Positions 1 to 12,300 of a stretch of 62,867 nt of DNA are shown in pieces. The first letter of the stretch is position 1. Each line of letters starts with the position of its first letter. Both the position numbers and the translations under genes were made by a program. The notes below the pieces were generated by a model that had not been told where the DNA came from, did no database searches, and saw nothing but the letters and a program-made list of their open reading frames with translations. Source of the stretch: Octopus bimaculoides (Eukaryota); contig NC_068991.1 of the NCBI RefSeq assembly GCF_001194135.2, positions 15,317,103 through 15,379,969 of the forward strand. The letters are read 5' to 3'.

Positions 1-492
1 ATATATGAGTGTGTAAAGATATATACTCAAAGAGGAGACCCATGGCAGGACTTATTGCATGCTAAAACGGGAGTTAAACCCAACCACAATAAGATAATTC
101 TAAAGGCATGCCGATAAAGCACCAGAATGAATGGAATTATTATTTTTAGTTAATCCCATACTCGAGTTCCCGTATTAATGAGCAAATATGAGATTAACTA
201 AAATGAGCAAGTATCCGAAGTTTCAAAGTGTTTAGTTAAAGAAAGTTAATTAATCGAGCTGCCCATGAAAAGGAAAAGATTCGGAAATTTTACTGTGTAA
301 ATTATAAGGGCAAACAATTAGAATAATTTATTACCAGCAGTTCGCATATATATATATATGTATAAATAATGATGCAACGACTATAAAGCTTTAAACACGT
401 GTACCGCGGAATCCTTTGTGTTCTGTTTTTATTTTTACGTTTTTAATTTATATATATATATATATATATATAATTAATATAAACAGCAGTTT

Positions 493-1112
493 GTAATGTT
501 TCATCAAAAAGGAGAATTATAACAACCACTAAATGTGACTAGGGTATTAAAAATACCTACATTGCTAAAAATAAGAGCTAAAATGCTCTAATGCTGTAGT
601 CAACGCACGTAAATGTAAACATATACACTAACAGGGACCTTAATCGTCCGAAAAATGCCGATCAAGAGTTCTTAATACTGACGTCAGTTTCAGCAATTTC
701 CATCGCCTCATCAGTTAAGACTGACTCGAAATTTCTACTTTTCCGGACTTGCTAGTCTATTATTATATATGTTTTTTTCATCCAAATTAATGGATGATTT
801 AGCGATCAGCTAATGTGTATACATAAGATTAATATAAACATCATTTTGCAATTTTTCACCAAAAATGAGATTTATAACTCACTAAATGTGACTAGGATGT
901 TAGAAATACCTACATTGCTAAAAATAAATAACTAAAATGCCCTAATACCGTAGTCAACGCAGTTTATATTAGTTTTATGTAATTATGAGCGAATCACTAA
1001 TTCTTCCATTAATTTGGATGACAAAAATATATATACTAATAGAGAAGCAAATCCAGAAAAAGCCGAACTTTCGTGCCAATCTCTTATTTCTAGCAATGTA
1101 GGTGTTTCTAAC
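493..1112 (-). mobile_element. Retrozyme-like tandem repeat (~353 bp period) with an inverted terminal fragment
   Basis: 493-607 is a diverged direct repeat of 848-961 (TACCTACATTGCTA at 554 and 907) and the two copies flank the HHR. 1003-1112 is an inverted partial copy (reverse complement of ~740-795 and ~900-930). Confidence 0.65.
666..727 (-). ncRNA. Type I hammerhead ribozyme
   Basis: Minus strand reads GAGT-cag-TCTTAA CTGATGA GGCGAT-GGAA-ATTGCT GAAA CTGACGTCAG TA|TTAAGA-ACTC. The core is canonical. Stem I pairs fully (6 bp, 3-nt bulge, 4 bp), stem II has 6 bp, and stem III is palindromic. The GUA cleavage site falls between 676 and 675. Confidence 0.9.
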
Positions 1113-1756
1113 ACACTAATCACACACACATGCACATACACACATATACACAGTTGCTCGATCTGTGTGTGTGTGTGTGTGTGTGTGTGTAGACTGCCTC
1201 TCTGTCGGTTCTAATTATTTGTCAATCCAATAATATTCAATAAGTTTCTTGCGTTTAAAATTAATTTCTAAAGCATTCCATACCTCTCTTCATTAATTTT
1301 TCTCTTGACTTTGTAGAAGCCTGAGTCATGTTTCAGCATGTCTTTCTCAGAGACTCTTAATCAAAGCCGAAAATATCTTGAATTTTCATTAGACGAAACT
1401 AGATCCAATGCTGTCGTATTTCTTAGCTTATTTATTTATTTATTTTCAGTGTAGGTTAACCTCGAAAACAATCATTCGCTTACTAGTTCTTAACAGTGAA
1501 TGCATAATTTGACAACTCTGGTATTTCAGATTCACCAGCTGAATATTTAGATAATTTACACTAAAATTTAGTCAATGATAACATCTGATTGAGAGTTAAT
1601 AATTTGAGCCATTAGCTCTCTACCTCTTCAATTTTAGATCGATCAGCGAAAGCTAAAAGGTAAAACAGCAAAAGATTGGCGAGTATGTCTCAAGAAAACA
1701 CCCAACGATATTTTCGTAATCTTTAGAATGATTTTAATATTTGTCGTTACACAAAG

Positions 1757-1945
1757 ACGGCGAGCTGGCAGAATCGTCAGCACGCCGGCAGAAATGCCTA
1801 GTGTTATTTCGTCCGTCTTTTACGTTTTGGGTTTAACTACTGCCGAGTTTAAATACTCCTTTGAGGATCGATAAAACAAATACCAGTCGAATACTGGCGT
1901 CGATGTAATCGAAATTACTGGCCTTGTGCCAAAATCTGAAACCAA
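1757..1945 (+). mobile_element. tRNA-derived SINE, family A
   Basis: Head GGCGAGCTGGCAGAATCG followed by the central GTCGAT..AAATAAGTACCAG-type domain that recurs across the window. Confidence 0.85.
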
Positions 1946-2740
1946 TATATCTAGTAACACGATTCAAGAGCTATTTGCACATCTATCTCAAAAGATTAGA
2001 TGTGTTTTTGTGTGGCACTTTTTTTTCTTGGGAACATTGCTTTGATGAAATTTAAGGGAATTTGCATCCAAAGTCAATTTTTTTTCAGGTAGGAGTTACT
2101 GTGATTTAGTGTCTGAATTTGTTTCAAGATTCACTAATTTAAGATGCAAAATTCTTGCAGGCATTCACAATATAAAACTACGTAGTTCATCTAATTTACT
2201 ACAATGATTCCCCATTTCTTCTTGGAATAGTAAATTATATTTTCAATTTCTCTCAACACAAGTCTTATAAATGTTAAGTAAAGTTCGTTAGTTGTATCTA
2301 AGTACATAGTATGCAATTCCCTTACATAATACTTGTCGCAACTAGAAGATGCCATTTGCCAATATAATTTTAATGCATCCCACTGGCGAAGAATTCTTTT
2401 TGTACAGTTTATTTCCCACTAACAATCTTGTGGCTGGAAGCGAAATCATTTTCTATGGTTCCTCGCCATCGTTCATTAATTTGTATATTTCCATACAGTG
2501 CTGAACTGTAAAACTAGTTGCAAGCTTCTCTTAGCGGATATTCAGTCTTAGAAGGTAATTCTTCAGCAACATTGATGTATGCTGAATAGAAAAAAAATGG
2601 TAAAAACATTTTGTGAGAATCGAGATTGGGTTCTGTAAATCTCATTAACGTGTACAGAGAATTATTAAAGCCCCAAAGGTTTGAATTTCCACATGATGCA
2701 ATAAGAAAACTGTTTTTTAATATTAATTCTGATATTAAGA

Positions 2741-3345
2741 GCGGTGAGCTGGCAGAATCGTTATCATGCCGGGCAAAATGCTTAGCGGTATATTGTACGT
2801 CTTCACGTTCTGAGTTCAAATTCAGTCGAGGTCGACTTTGCCTTTCATCCTTTCGGGGTCGATAAATTAAGTACTAGTTGTGTACTGGAGTTGATATAAT
2901 AGACTGCTCCCCCACCCCAAATTTGAGGCCTTGTACTTATAATGGAAAAGAACCGTGAGTGTCATTTCATCCGTCTTTACGTTCTGAGTTGAAATTCCAT
3001 CGTGGTCGACTTTTCTTTTCATACTTTCAATGTTGATAAAATAAGTACAACTTGAATTCTGGGGTTGATGTAATCGACTTACCCCACCCACCAAACTTGC
3101 GCCAAAATCTGAAAGCAATATTAATTCCCACATGAAAAGCAATGGATTTGTCAGAATCATGAATGCGTCGGTAGAAATGATTTGACTTATTCGTTCCAAA
3201 CCATTAGGCTTTGAGTTCAAACCCATTGTGTTCACTTTTTGGCTTTCACTCTTCAAGGGTCGATAAAATAAAGCGCTACTCCAATACTGGAGTTGATTTA
3301 ATCTACTAACTTCTCTCCACAAATTTCTAGCTCTTTGCCTATCTT
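2741..3345 (+). mobile_element. Three tandem family A SINE copies (one full, two partial)
   Basis: Repeated GTTCAAA..GTCGACTTTGCCTTTCATCCTTTCGGGGTCGATAAA modules at ~2810, ~2990 and ~3215. Confidence 0.8.
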
Positions 3346-4059
3346 AAAAATTTATAACGAAGGATTAGTAGCATCCTTAAAGCACCCAATAAAATACATT
3401 TATATTCTAAGACCAAACGCCACCGATGTCATAATTTTTTTTTGCCTCCTGGCCACCTGGTACCTTCCTCATTTCTCTGTCACTCCGACATGTAATATTC
3501 AGCTGATCACTTTTTCAAAGTTTGAAGCTTTGTGCCTAAGAAATGCTTATTAATTTCACAACTTGATACAACCAGCAGTAGCTTTTATAACAGAATATAA
3601 CTGAAGATATTCTTTTGTATTTTATTATATTTATCATACACTCACATAGATGCTTTTCACAATTATCGCCCAACAGGAAAGAAAACCGATTATTACTTAA
3701 TATTTCAATTTGTTCTTTCAGTAAAGAAAAAGCAACAGCATTCAGTTTCCTTTTTTTATAAGTACCATGCATTTTGTTCTATGTGGTTTAAAATTAGATG
3801 TAATTAATGCAGAAGAATTCCCTTTCATTAATAAGTTTTCCGAAACGATTGATGCTACGAATACTTACATGGCAGCTCCATATATCACTAACTGTAATTC
3901 TATAAGAATCGTTTAACTTCGTAAAATGTTTAATTTAGCGTAATCTATTTGCCTCGGCTTATGCTGTGCTGTCGATTTCAAAAAATGAAGAAATGGCACT
4001 ATACATGGCTATCAACGACGGTAAACTTTATGACATTTATAATGTGTAGGAAAAAGAAA

Positions 4060-4275
4060 TATCGGTTTCAAATTTTAACTTAAGGGCTGCAATTTCGAGA
4101 AAGGGGTAAGCCGATTACATCGACCCCATTATTTTACTGGTACTTATTTTATAGAACCCAAAAGGATGAAAGGTAAATTTGCCTTCGACGAAATTTGAAC
4201 TCAAAAAGTAATGACTGATGAAGTACCGCTAAGAATTTTGTCTGATGTGCTAACTATTCTGCCAGCTCGCGGCCT
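4060..4275 (-). mobile_element. SINE family A
   Basis: Reverse complement of family A, ending in TTCTGCCAGCTCGC. Confidence 0.8.
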
Positions 4276-4908
4276 TAGAAAAAGAAAGATTAAATGTGTA
4301 TATTCTGTACACCATCTTCTTTCCTCTTTGATTTAAGATTCAAACATTGAAACCTGCCACAGCTTAATTTAATCTAGAAGGGATTGTCTCCCCTATAACA
4401 GGTGGCCACCAGGAATACTCAACTTGAATGGAGTTCTAATCTTGTTATTTGGCTATTAAAACAACTACGATAGTTTGTTGAGAACTTGAATTGATTTCAG
4501 TGCTATTTTCGTATGTTTAATTGAATAAAAATGTTTTGCTGAATCGGTTTTTGTTTGTTCGTATTTCAAAATTGCATGGTTTACACTTTATTGTTATCGC
4601 ATTTCATTTCTCACACCCAATTTGAATAATTGTAAATCCATTAACAAGAATTTTTGGAAATGTTTTATCGTATATCTTATCACCTGCTCGTGATAAGATT
4701 GGAATGATCACGATTTATTTAAAAAGTACTTAATTTGTTCAAACTTCTGTCTCGTCGCTGAATAATATTAACTACAACATCTTATTCACTTTATTATACC
4801 GGAAAATCTCTACATGGTCTCTCGACATGCTAGAAATAGTAATCTCAATCCATACTTGTCATCTTAAGAGAATAACAGTTAAAAGAAATTAGATTAGATT
4901 ACTTCACT

Positions 4909-4965
4909 ATATTTATGATAAACCCTTATTTATGATAAACCCTTATTTATGATAAACCCTTATTA
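4909..4965. repeat. 17-bp minisatellite, about 3.3 copies
   Basis: Tandem TATTTATGATAAACCCT units. Confidence 0.9.
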
Positions 4966-5579
4966 ATAAACCGTTGACGTACTCATACTATCACAGACAA
5001 AGAGCACTCCGAGCAGCAACCGTTTGCTAAACAGTGTGACGACCATCATTGCCTGCTCAACGTATCACAGTCTTGGATAAATTATTCTCTAACATTTGCG
5101 AATCTAGTTGCAATATACTAATTATTTATAATTATCGGAATATTTCGTTTGAAATTAGTTTTAAGCAATATTGAAATATTAAATTGAATTTGTTAAGGAA
5201 ACATTTTAAAATATTAACGTTCCCATGGAATGATTGCATGAACGATTTTATCAGAACTTGTTATATAATTGGTAACGCTGCAGCCTCTATTGTATGAAGC
5301 AATCAGCAATAAACAATCAAGAATTAAATAAATTTCAATGGAAAATATAAGTTAGCGGAATCTTGCTTTACTTGCTTTTCTCAATTTATGCATAACTCTT
5401 AGGGACTACAATGTTAAATAACCGTATCAATTCTACAGGAATTATAGCATCTCAGTGATTTGCTTCTCTATGGATGTGCATTCATAATAATGAGAATAAA
5501 AGTATTCAAGTCTATAGCAAAACCGATTCCATTTAATTTGTCAATAAATTTATCATAAATAAAATAGAAATATATCATA

Positions 5580-5787
5580 TTATCTTTTATCTTTTATCTG
5601 TTTCAGTCACTGGACTACAGCCATGCTGGGGCACCACCTTAATTTTTTTTTTATAGTTGAACAAACGAACCCGGTACTTATTTTTAAAGCCTGACATTTA
5701 TTCCAACGGTCTATTTTTTGCTGAGGACGTAAATACACCAATACCGGTTGTCAAGCAGTGATGTGGGGGACAAACACAGGCAGAAAG

Positions 5788-5824
<37 letters not shown>

Positions 5825-6000
5825 AATATATACTTACATATATACATACGACGGGCTTCTTTCAGTTTCCGTCTACCAAATCCACTCACAAGGCTTTGAT
5901 TGGCCCGAAGCTATAGTAGAAGACACTTTCCCAAGGTGCCACGCAATGGGACTGAACCCGGGATCATGTGGTTGAGAAACAAGCTTCTTATCACATAGCC
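5580..6000 (-). mobile_element. tRNA-derived SINE, family D (internal CA/TA microsatellite)
   Basis: Contains CGACGGGCTTCTTTCAGTTTCCGTCTACCAAATCCACTCACAAGG, the head GGGACTGAACCCGG..ACCACA and a (TTTTATC) tail. Confidence 0.85.
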
Positions 6001-6879
6001 TAAAATATATCACAAATAAAATAGAAAGGTAGCTTGGAATTCTTTTAAATAACCCTCCAAAAGTAGTAAGTAGTCCAAATTTCTGAAAAAAATAGTAGCG
6101 TGCAATCTTGAAAAGTTGCTTCATATACTACTTGTACAGCAGTCTGGCAATACTCTTCTCAAAAATTACATTTTCCATAATTTTCTCCTCTCACCACAAT
6201 ATACACATATTATTCCTCTTGTATTTTATTCTTAATAAATTATTTCTTCTGCTATATTCCCATCAACCGTTATCATTGTCGATATCTGAAGAGACTGCCA
6301 ATTCCTTTGTAAATTTGTCCAAGTTTAATTAACGTGCCAAATCAACTTGTTCACATTCCAGATAGTAAAGAAGTGAGATTTTACTATTAATCTCTGTTCA
6401 CAAGAAATATTTCACTATAATTGCTATCATTGCTTGAGTTATATCAGTTCTGCTCATCTTCCTTTAGTCTTTAAAAGACGATAAATATTATTGATACATC
6501 TAAAAAATAAAAATATAAAAAACGAGTAAGAAAAACTATCTTCAAACAAGTGTAATCTGTTAATCTATTATGGTATATAAATCAGTGTTTACTGTAAAAT
6601 ATCTTTAGTTTTAAACGAAATCTGCCGCCTTTGATAACAGATTCCACTTTAAACGAAGCGGAAAATTCGTTTTGACACGTTAACAGTGAATCAGTGCGTA
6701 GTATGTTTTCTAGAACATCCGCCGATCAAGGTTGAAAAATCATTTGCACATATATATTTGTAGATCTAGGCTAGTTTTTTTTAAATTTTTTTAAAAGGAA
6801 GACTTGCGGTTGCCCTTGCATGCGAATCTCCTCTCCAGCCGAAGTGAAAAGCCGACAGCTTGAGACGATACTGCTTAGT

Positions 6880-7261
6880 TGTTGGCACTCTGTCGCTTAC
6901 GACGTCGAGGGTTCCAGTTGATCCAATCAATGGAGCAGCTTGCTCGTGAAATTAACGTGCAAGTGGCTGAGCACTCCACAGACACGTGTACCCTTAACGT
7001 AGTTCTCAGGGATATTCAGCGTGACACAGTGTGACAAGGCTGACCCTTTGAATTACAGGTACAACAGAAACAGGAAGAAAGAGTGAGAGAAAGTTGTGGT
7101 GAAAGAGTACAGCAGGGTTCGCCACCATCCCCTGCCGGAGCTTCGTGGAGCTTTAGGTGTTTTCGCTCAATAAACACTCACAACGCCCGGTTTGGGAATC
7201 GAAACCGCGATTCTATGACCACGAGTCCACTGCCCTAACCACTGGGCCATTGCGCATCCAC
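6880..7261 (-). mobile_element. Full-length tRNA-derived SINE, family B, with a 10-bp TSD
   Basis: tRNA-like head at 7190-7256. The direct repeat ACTGCTTAGT lies at 6870-6879 and 7262-7271. Confidence 0.9.
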
Positions 7262-7686
7262 ACTGCTTAGTACTATTGTTGTAACAGACATTGGTAGCAG
7301 AACCCAATCAGCAAGAAGAAACACCACAAGGCATCTCAGGTGATCTTTTAAAAGTCCCGACAATACACCGCCTAAATTGATACATTTTTGTTGACCCTGA
7401 AGGGATGAAAGGCAAAGCAGACCTCAGCAGGATTTGAATTTAGCGTATAGGGATTCAGAACAAATACCGCAAGGCATTTTATACAACACTCGTACAACTA
7501 ACTATACCAATTCGAAATCTTAGTGTCGTTTTCCAAAACCACAAAAAGAAATGCTCTTATCGTTTGATTGGAGCTCGCCTGGCTTCTTCTAGCTTTTGAG
7601 GAATTGCAATTTCTACAAACAAAGGGTCCAACATGTCAGTTATTCCGATGCCATACTTAGCGATTATATTATTTAATAATTATTAG

Positions 7687-7848
7687 TTGTGTAGTTAAAA
7701 AAACTAGCTTTGCAACCATGTGGTTTTGGGTTCAGTCCCACCGCACGACACCTTGTGTAAAAGTCTTCTAATATATACCGGAACTACTTAACGCTTTGCG
7801 ATTGAGTTTGGTAGACGGTAACTATACGGAAGCCCGTCGTATATAGCT

Positions 7849-7884
<36 letters not shown>

Positions 7885-8050
7885 ATTTTTGGTATGTCTA
7901 CATCCCCGTAACTGAGTGGTTAGGCAAAAGGAATCGCTAAAATAGTACTAGATATTAAAAAAATAAATTACTGGTGAAACTCTTCGAAACCCTTCAAGGT
8001 GGTGTTCAAGCATGGTCGCAGTCCAATGACAGAGAGAAGTTAAGAGAAAA
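7687..8050 (+). mobile_element. SINE family D
   Basis: GGTTCAGTCCCAC head, GTAGACGG..GAAGCCCGTCG body, (GT)n, and GCATGGTCGCAGTCCAATGAC tail. Confidence 0.8.
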
Positions 8051-8159
8051 GATGGAAAAGCAAATTTACAATTTCAAGAATGCTATTTCAGATACATCTG
8101 GTATTCAAGATGTTAACACCAAAACTCTCATATTGTTGAACCATAGATGGAAATTCTAA

Positions 8160-8343
8160 TGTTAGTAATGCAGTATATGAGATTCTGCGCCTTGCAGTTC
8201 ATATCTGCATTTATTTTGAACGAAAATCCACCCTTGAATCTTATGTGGGAACCAGTTTCTAAATATTTGAAGTTTTTGTTACATGAGCCTATGTATAAAT
8301 CTGCCAATACGCAATCTTTAAGATAGCAAGTTATTCTTTTCAC
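8160..8343 (-). mobile_element. Penelope-like element fragment (region just upstream of GIY-YIG)
   Basis: KYLETGSHIRFKGGFSFKINADMNCKAQNLIYCIT resembles the PLE motif 'F.I....C.S.N.IYCI.C'. Confidence 0.55.
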
Positions 8344-8646
8344 TCAGTATAATGAAAAGATAACTGGATAATATATTAATTTCAGTTTTTACTCATGTAA
8401 CTTGACACATCGACTTGCCTGAAAGATTTCTTCTGATAAAACTTGGCACAAATTATTTCAACGACTTTTTCATATACATATTCCGTAAAAGACAATGTAT
8501 ATCCATTGTAGATTAACTCTTTCAGTCACTATTTTTTTTCTATCAGTTCTAATCAACCCCTCCCCACCCGTCACACACAAACACATGTTATTTGATTGTT
8601 TATTACGATAAGTATAATGTAAATTGTATTGCCAGTCTCACCGAGT

Positions 8647-8734
8647 GAAGAAGAAGAAGAAGAAGAAGAAGAAGAAGAAGAAGAAGAAGAAGAAGAATAA
8701 GAAGAATAAGAAGAAGAAGAAGAAGAAGAAGAAG
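8647..8734. repeat. (GAA)n microsatellite
   Basis: Direct reading of the sequence. Confidence 0.98.
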
Positions 8735-9029
8735 TCGGCGATAACAGGCTATAATAATAGTGGAAAATATGTATTCACAACTAACAAGAGAGAGAAAAAA
8801 GAGAAGGGGAGATAAACAAAAAAAATAATAAATAATAAGAGAAAAAATCAAAATGTATACACAGGCACACGTACACACAAATACTTATTTGCAGGTAAGT
8901 AGGAATTCACAGAAATATTTTATACGCCAAAATTTGAATTTTGAAATTTGGTGTCGCTAAAGAGTTAGAAACAATTACAGACAATTTTTATTAATATCAG
9001 CGATATATATAATGCAAATAATAAATGAG

Positions 9030-9720
9030 TATATGCATATATACGTACATGTATGTACAAACCTACATCTACGTGTATATATAGATATATATCTGGGTAC
9101 AGGACATCACAAAATGGAAAACGAAAACATAAACAAAGCACGGAAAACAAACTCTTTTTTCGGACAACGGTAGAAACAGAGGAAAACAGACAGGCCACAT
9201 AGAGAACATTTCCTTCATCAGCTGCCCCTATTCTAAACTAAGCGTTTCGAAGAGTTAGGGCAACGCATTATATATACCTCCATCCACTACAAACTCACAC
9301 TCATACGTCAACTTCTCCTCCCTCCACCCTACCCACACCAAGCTCTCCATCCCCTACTCCCAATTCCTCCGTCTGCGCAGGCTCTGCAGTGACAACTATG
9401 ACTTTGAGACTCAGTCTCAACTCATAGTTCACCACTTCATCCTTCTTGAATATCACCCACCACTATCCACACAGCCCTTGCCAGATCACGTTCCGTGGTC
9501 CGTGCCTCTGCTCTCGTTCCCCTGCTCTCGCCCTCGCTACCGCACTTGCCCCTACCTTTCCAACACCATCCTCACAGGCACCCATTATCGTCCCTATCAT
9601 ATCACCGACTCCTCTAACTGCACTTCTAGGTTTACGCTCAAGAAAGTTAAAAGTCTTTTACGTTTCGAGCAGAGGCTCTTTCACGGAAAAGATAGTCGAG
9701 TAGAGTACAACACAGAGTGA
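9030..9720 (+). mobile_element. Internally deleted Penelope-like retroelement with flanking terminal-repeat-like pieces
   Basis: 9276-9627 encodes, with frameshifts, TSIHYK..SYVNFSS.HP..SIPYSQFLRLRRLCSD and FPCSRPRYRTCPYL..YHITDSSNCTS, which are PLE RT-thumb and Cys-rich motifs. A decayed HHR-like motif lies on the minus strand at 9654-9692. Confidence 0.8.
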
Positions 9721-10208
9721 AGAAAAGAAACAAACGTGTTTCATATATGTATATGAGCGTGTAAGTGTGTGTATGTCCATGTGTGCATGTGCGTGTGTGT
9801 GTGTGCATGTATGTGTGCACGTGTGTGTGCACGCATGTGTATGTATGTGTGTGTGTGTACATACAGAGGCGAGCACACATATATATATATGTACATAGAG
9901 TAAATATATATATACACATATACATATACAATATTTGTTACATAAATGTATTAATACATACATATGTGCACCCACACACACATATACGTATATACGTGTG
10001 TGTTCGCGTATATGTATGCATATGCATATATTTACACTCACACATAATTTGCTGAGTCATTCATAACTCACATCTAAAGAGCCATTTAAAGTTCAAGTAA
10101 AAAATTCAATACGTTTAACCTTTAAATGTTCGACTTTTGAATATTAAAATATAAAGTAAAATATTCGATAATTTTAATTTATCTTTATTTATCTATTTAT
10201 TTATTTAC

Positions 10209-10212
<4 letters not shown>

Positions 10213-10263
<51 letters not shown>
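10213..10263. repeat. (ATT)n microsatellite
   Basis: Direct reading of the sequence. Confidence 0.95.
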
Positions 10264-10264
<1 letters not shown>

Positions 10265-10944
10265 TTTTGTGCTTTCTCTTGGCTCCTATTTATACTTTAG
10301 TTACGTAAATAATATGAAATAGAAAAGCAAGTATTATTTGTGGATTATGTTAGTTCTGAATCGATAGTACTGTGATGAAAGGCAATCCAGCCGTGACTAT
10401 TCATTTTTTTAAAAAACAAAATTCAAGTTGTTTATCTAAAACTAAATACAATACACCTTTTTTTTTAAAGACAGTAGATTTTGATTTTAGGGAAACATAA
10501 TTACTATTTTAAATTCAAATTACGATGAACGTAAACAAACAAACGAAGTTTGCTTTTCGAAGCATTGAGATGTCTTAGAAAGTTAAAGAAGTGATTTTAA
10601 ATTCTCAAACGCAGGATAATGCTAATATTATAGCCTGATCAGGATAAACTACCCCTATTTTGCGGTAAAAAGTGTACGCTCCTTCGTTGCCTCATTGGCA
10701 AGAGATTAATCAGATTGAGTTACATCCTAACCTGATTTCCATCTCTCTAAGTTCAAACCCCATTGCTTCCATAAATTCTGCTTAACTAAAATTTTCTTGA
10801 GAATAATTGGACACACGAACTAAGAATTGGATAAATTGTTTCCTTTTTATTCTATAAAATAATTGGAATCCGATTTGTTGCTACTCTTTGGTGCTATATT
10901 AGTCTTGACAAAACAAACGTTATAACACAAGGCGTTGCCGACAT

Positions 10945-12300
10945 ATATACTGGTTTAAAATTTTGGCACTAGGCCAGCAATTTTATGGAAGGGGTTCAGT
11001 CGATTACATCGACCCCAGTGCTCAACTGGTACTTATTATATCGACCCCGAAAGGATGAAAGGCAAACTTGATCTCGGTGGAATTTGAACTTCACATTATG
11101 AGATCAAATTTCGTAGAAGTCGACTTTGCCTTACATTCTTTCAGGATCGATAAAATAAGTACCATTTGAGCACTAGAGCCGATGTAGTCGACAAGCCCCA
11201 ACCAAAGATTTCTGGCCTTGTACCTAGAGTACAGAGGATTATTCTTAATATCATTAAGGCAGCGCCAAAGCGGCGAGCTGGCAGAATCGTGAGCACGCCG
11301 GACAAAATGTTGAACGGCATTTTGTCTGGTTGTTTACGTTCTGAGTTCAAATTTAGCAGAGGTCGACTTTGCCTTTCATCCAACCAGGGTCGATAAAATA
11401 GGTATCAATCAGTACCAGGGTCGATATTAATCGACATGCCCCATCCCAACCAAAATTGCTAGTCTAGTGTTAAATTTAGAAAGCACTATAAAGGTGGCGT
11501 GCTGGCAGACTCATTAGCTTGTCGGATAAAATATTAAGCAGCGTAAATTTCGGAAATGTCGACCTTGACCTTCATCCTTTTGGAATCGATAAAATAAGCA
11601 TCAGTCAAGTACAGAAGTTGGTGTAGTCGATATGCCACACTCTTCCGAAATTTACTGGTCCGGTGCCAAACACTAAAAGAAAAATGGCATAAGTTATGTT
11701 GAGGCAGTGATCTAGCAGAAACGTTAATGTCGACTGAGTCGTGAAAGGTTACAATCGTTAATCAGGGACGTAAGAAATCATTACCCTGACCTTGTATGGT
11801 AGTTAGTCATGTGTTTTTCTTTGGTCGTTCACAGTGTGAGATAGGTCGCGCGTGTACATATTGGCCACACTAAAGTTTAATTGACTTTTTAAATATTGTT
11901 TTCAAATTTTGGCAAAGGCCAATAATTTCGGAGGGGTTACATCAACGCCAATGCTACTTGTCTTATTGATACCCAAATGGATGAAAAGCAAAGTCGATTG
12001 CGGCGGAATTTGAACTCACAACATAAAGACGAATTGCCGCTAACTATTTGGACCGGCGTGCTAACGATTCTTTTCTTCTCTAAGCACAGGGCCCGACATT
12101 TGGTAGGGAGGGAGCCAGTCGATTAGATCGACCCCAGTACGCAACTGGTACTTAATTATTCGACTCCGAAAGGATGGAAGGCAAAGTCGACATCGGCGGA
12201 ATTTGAACCCAGAACATAAAGACAGACGAAATACCGCTAAGCATTTCGCCCGGCGTACTAACGTTTCTTATTTCTTTATTGCCCACAAGGAGCTAAACAT
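10945..12300. mobile_element. Cluster of about six family A SINEs in both orientations
   Basis: Minus copies at ~10945-11095, 11895-12070 and 12075-12300. Plus copies at ~11100-11250, 11268-11480 and 11490-11670. Confidence 0.85.

Larger units (their letters stand above)
1280..4040 (-). mobile_element. Degenerate hAT-superfamily transposase relic interrupted by SINEs
   Basis: Collinear broken motifs on the minus strand: HRTKC (~3769-3783), ILSNNRFSFLLGD (~3660-3700), EELPSKTEYPLREACN (~2520-2565), KRILRQWDALKLYW (~2355-2395), NELYLTFIRLVL (~2240-2290) and IPELSNYAFTV (~1490-1525). Many stops and frameshifts. Confidence 0.6.

Noticed and set aside
2345-2375. Sulfatase-like YIGKWHL on the minus strand
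   Set aside because: It is flanked by stops. The overlapping frame gives RILRQWDALKLYW, which fits the surrounding hAT relic.
9150-9260. CTGATGAAGG preceded by GAAACG (possible type II hammerhead)
   Set aside because: I could not form stems I to III convincingly.
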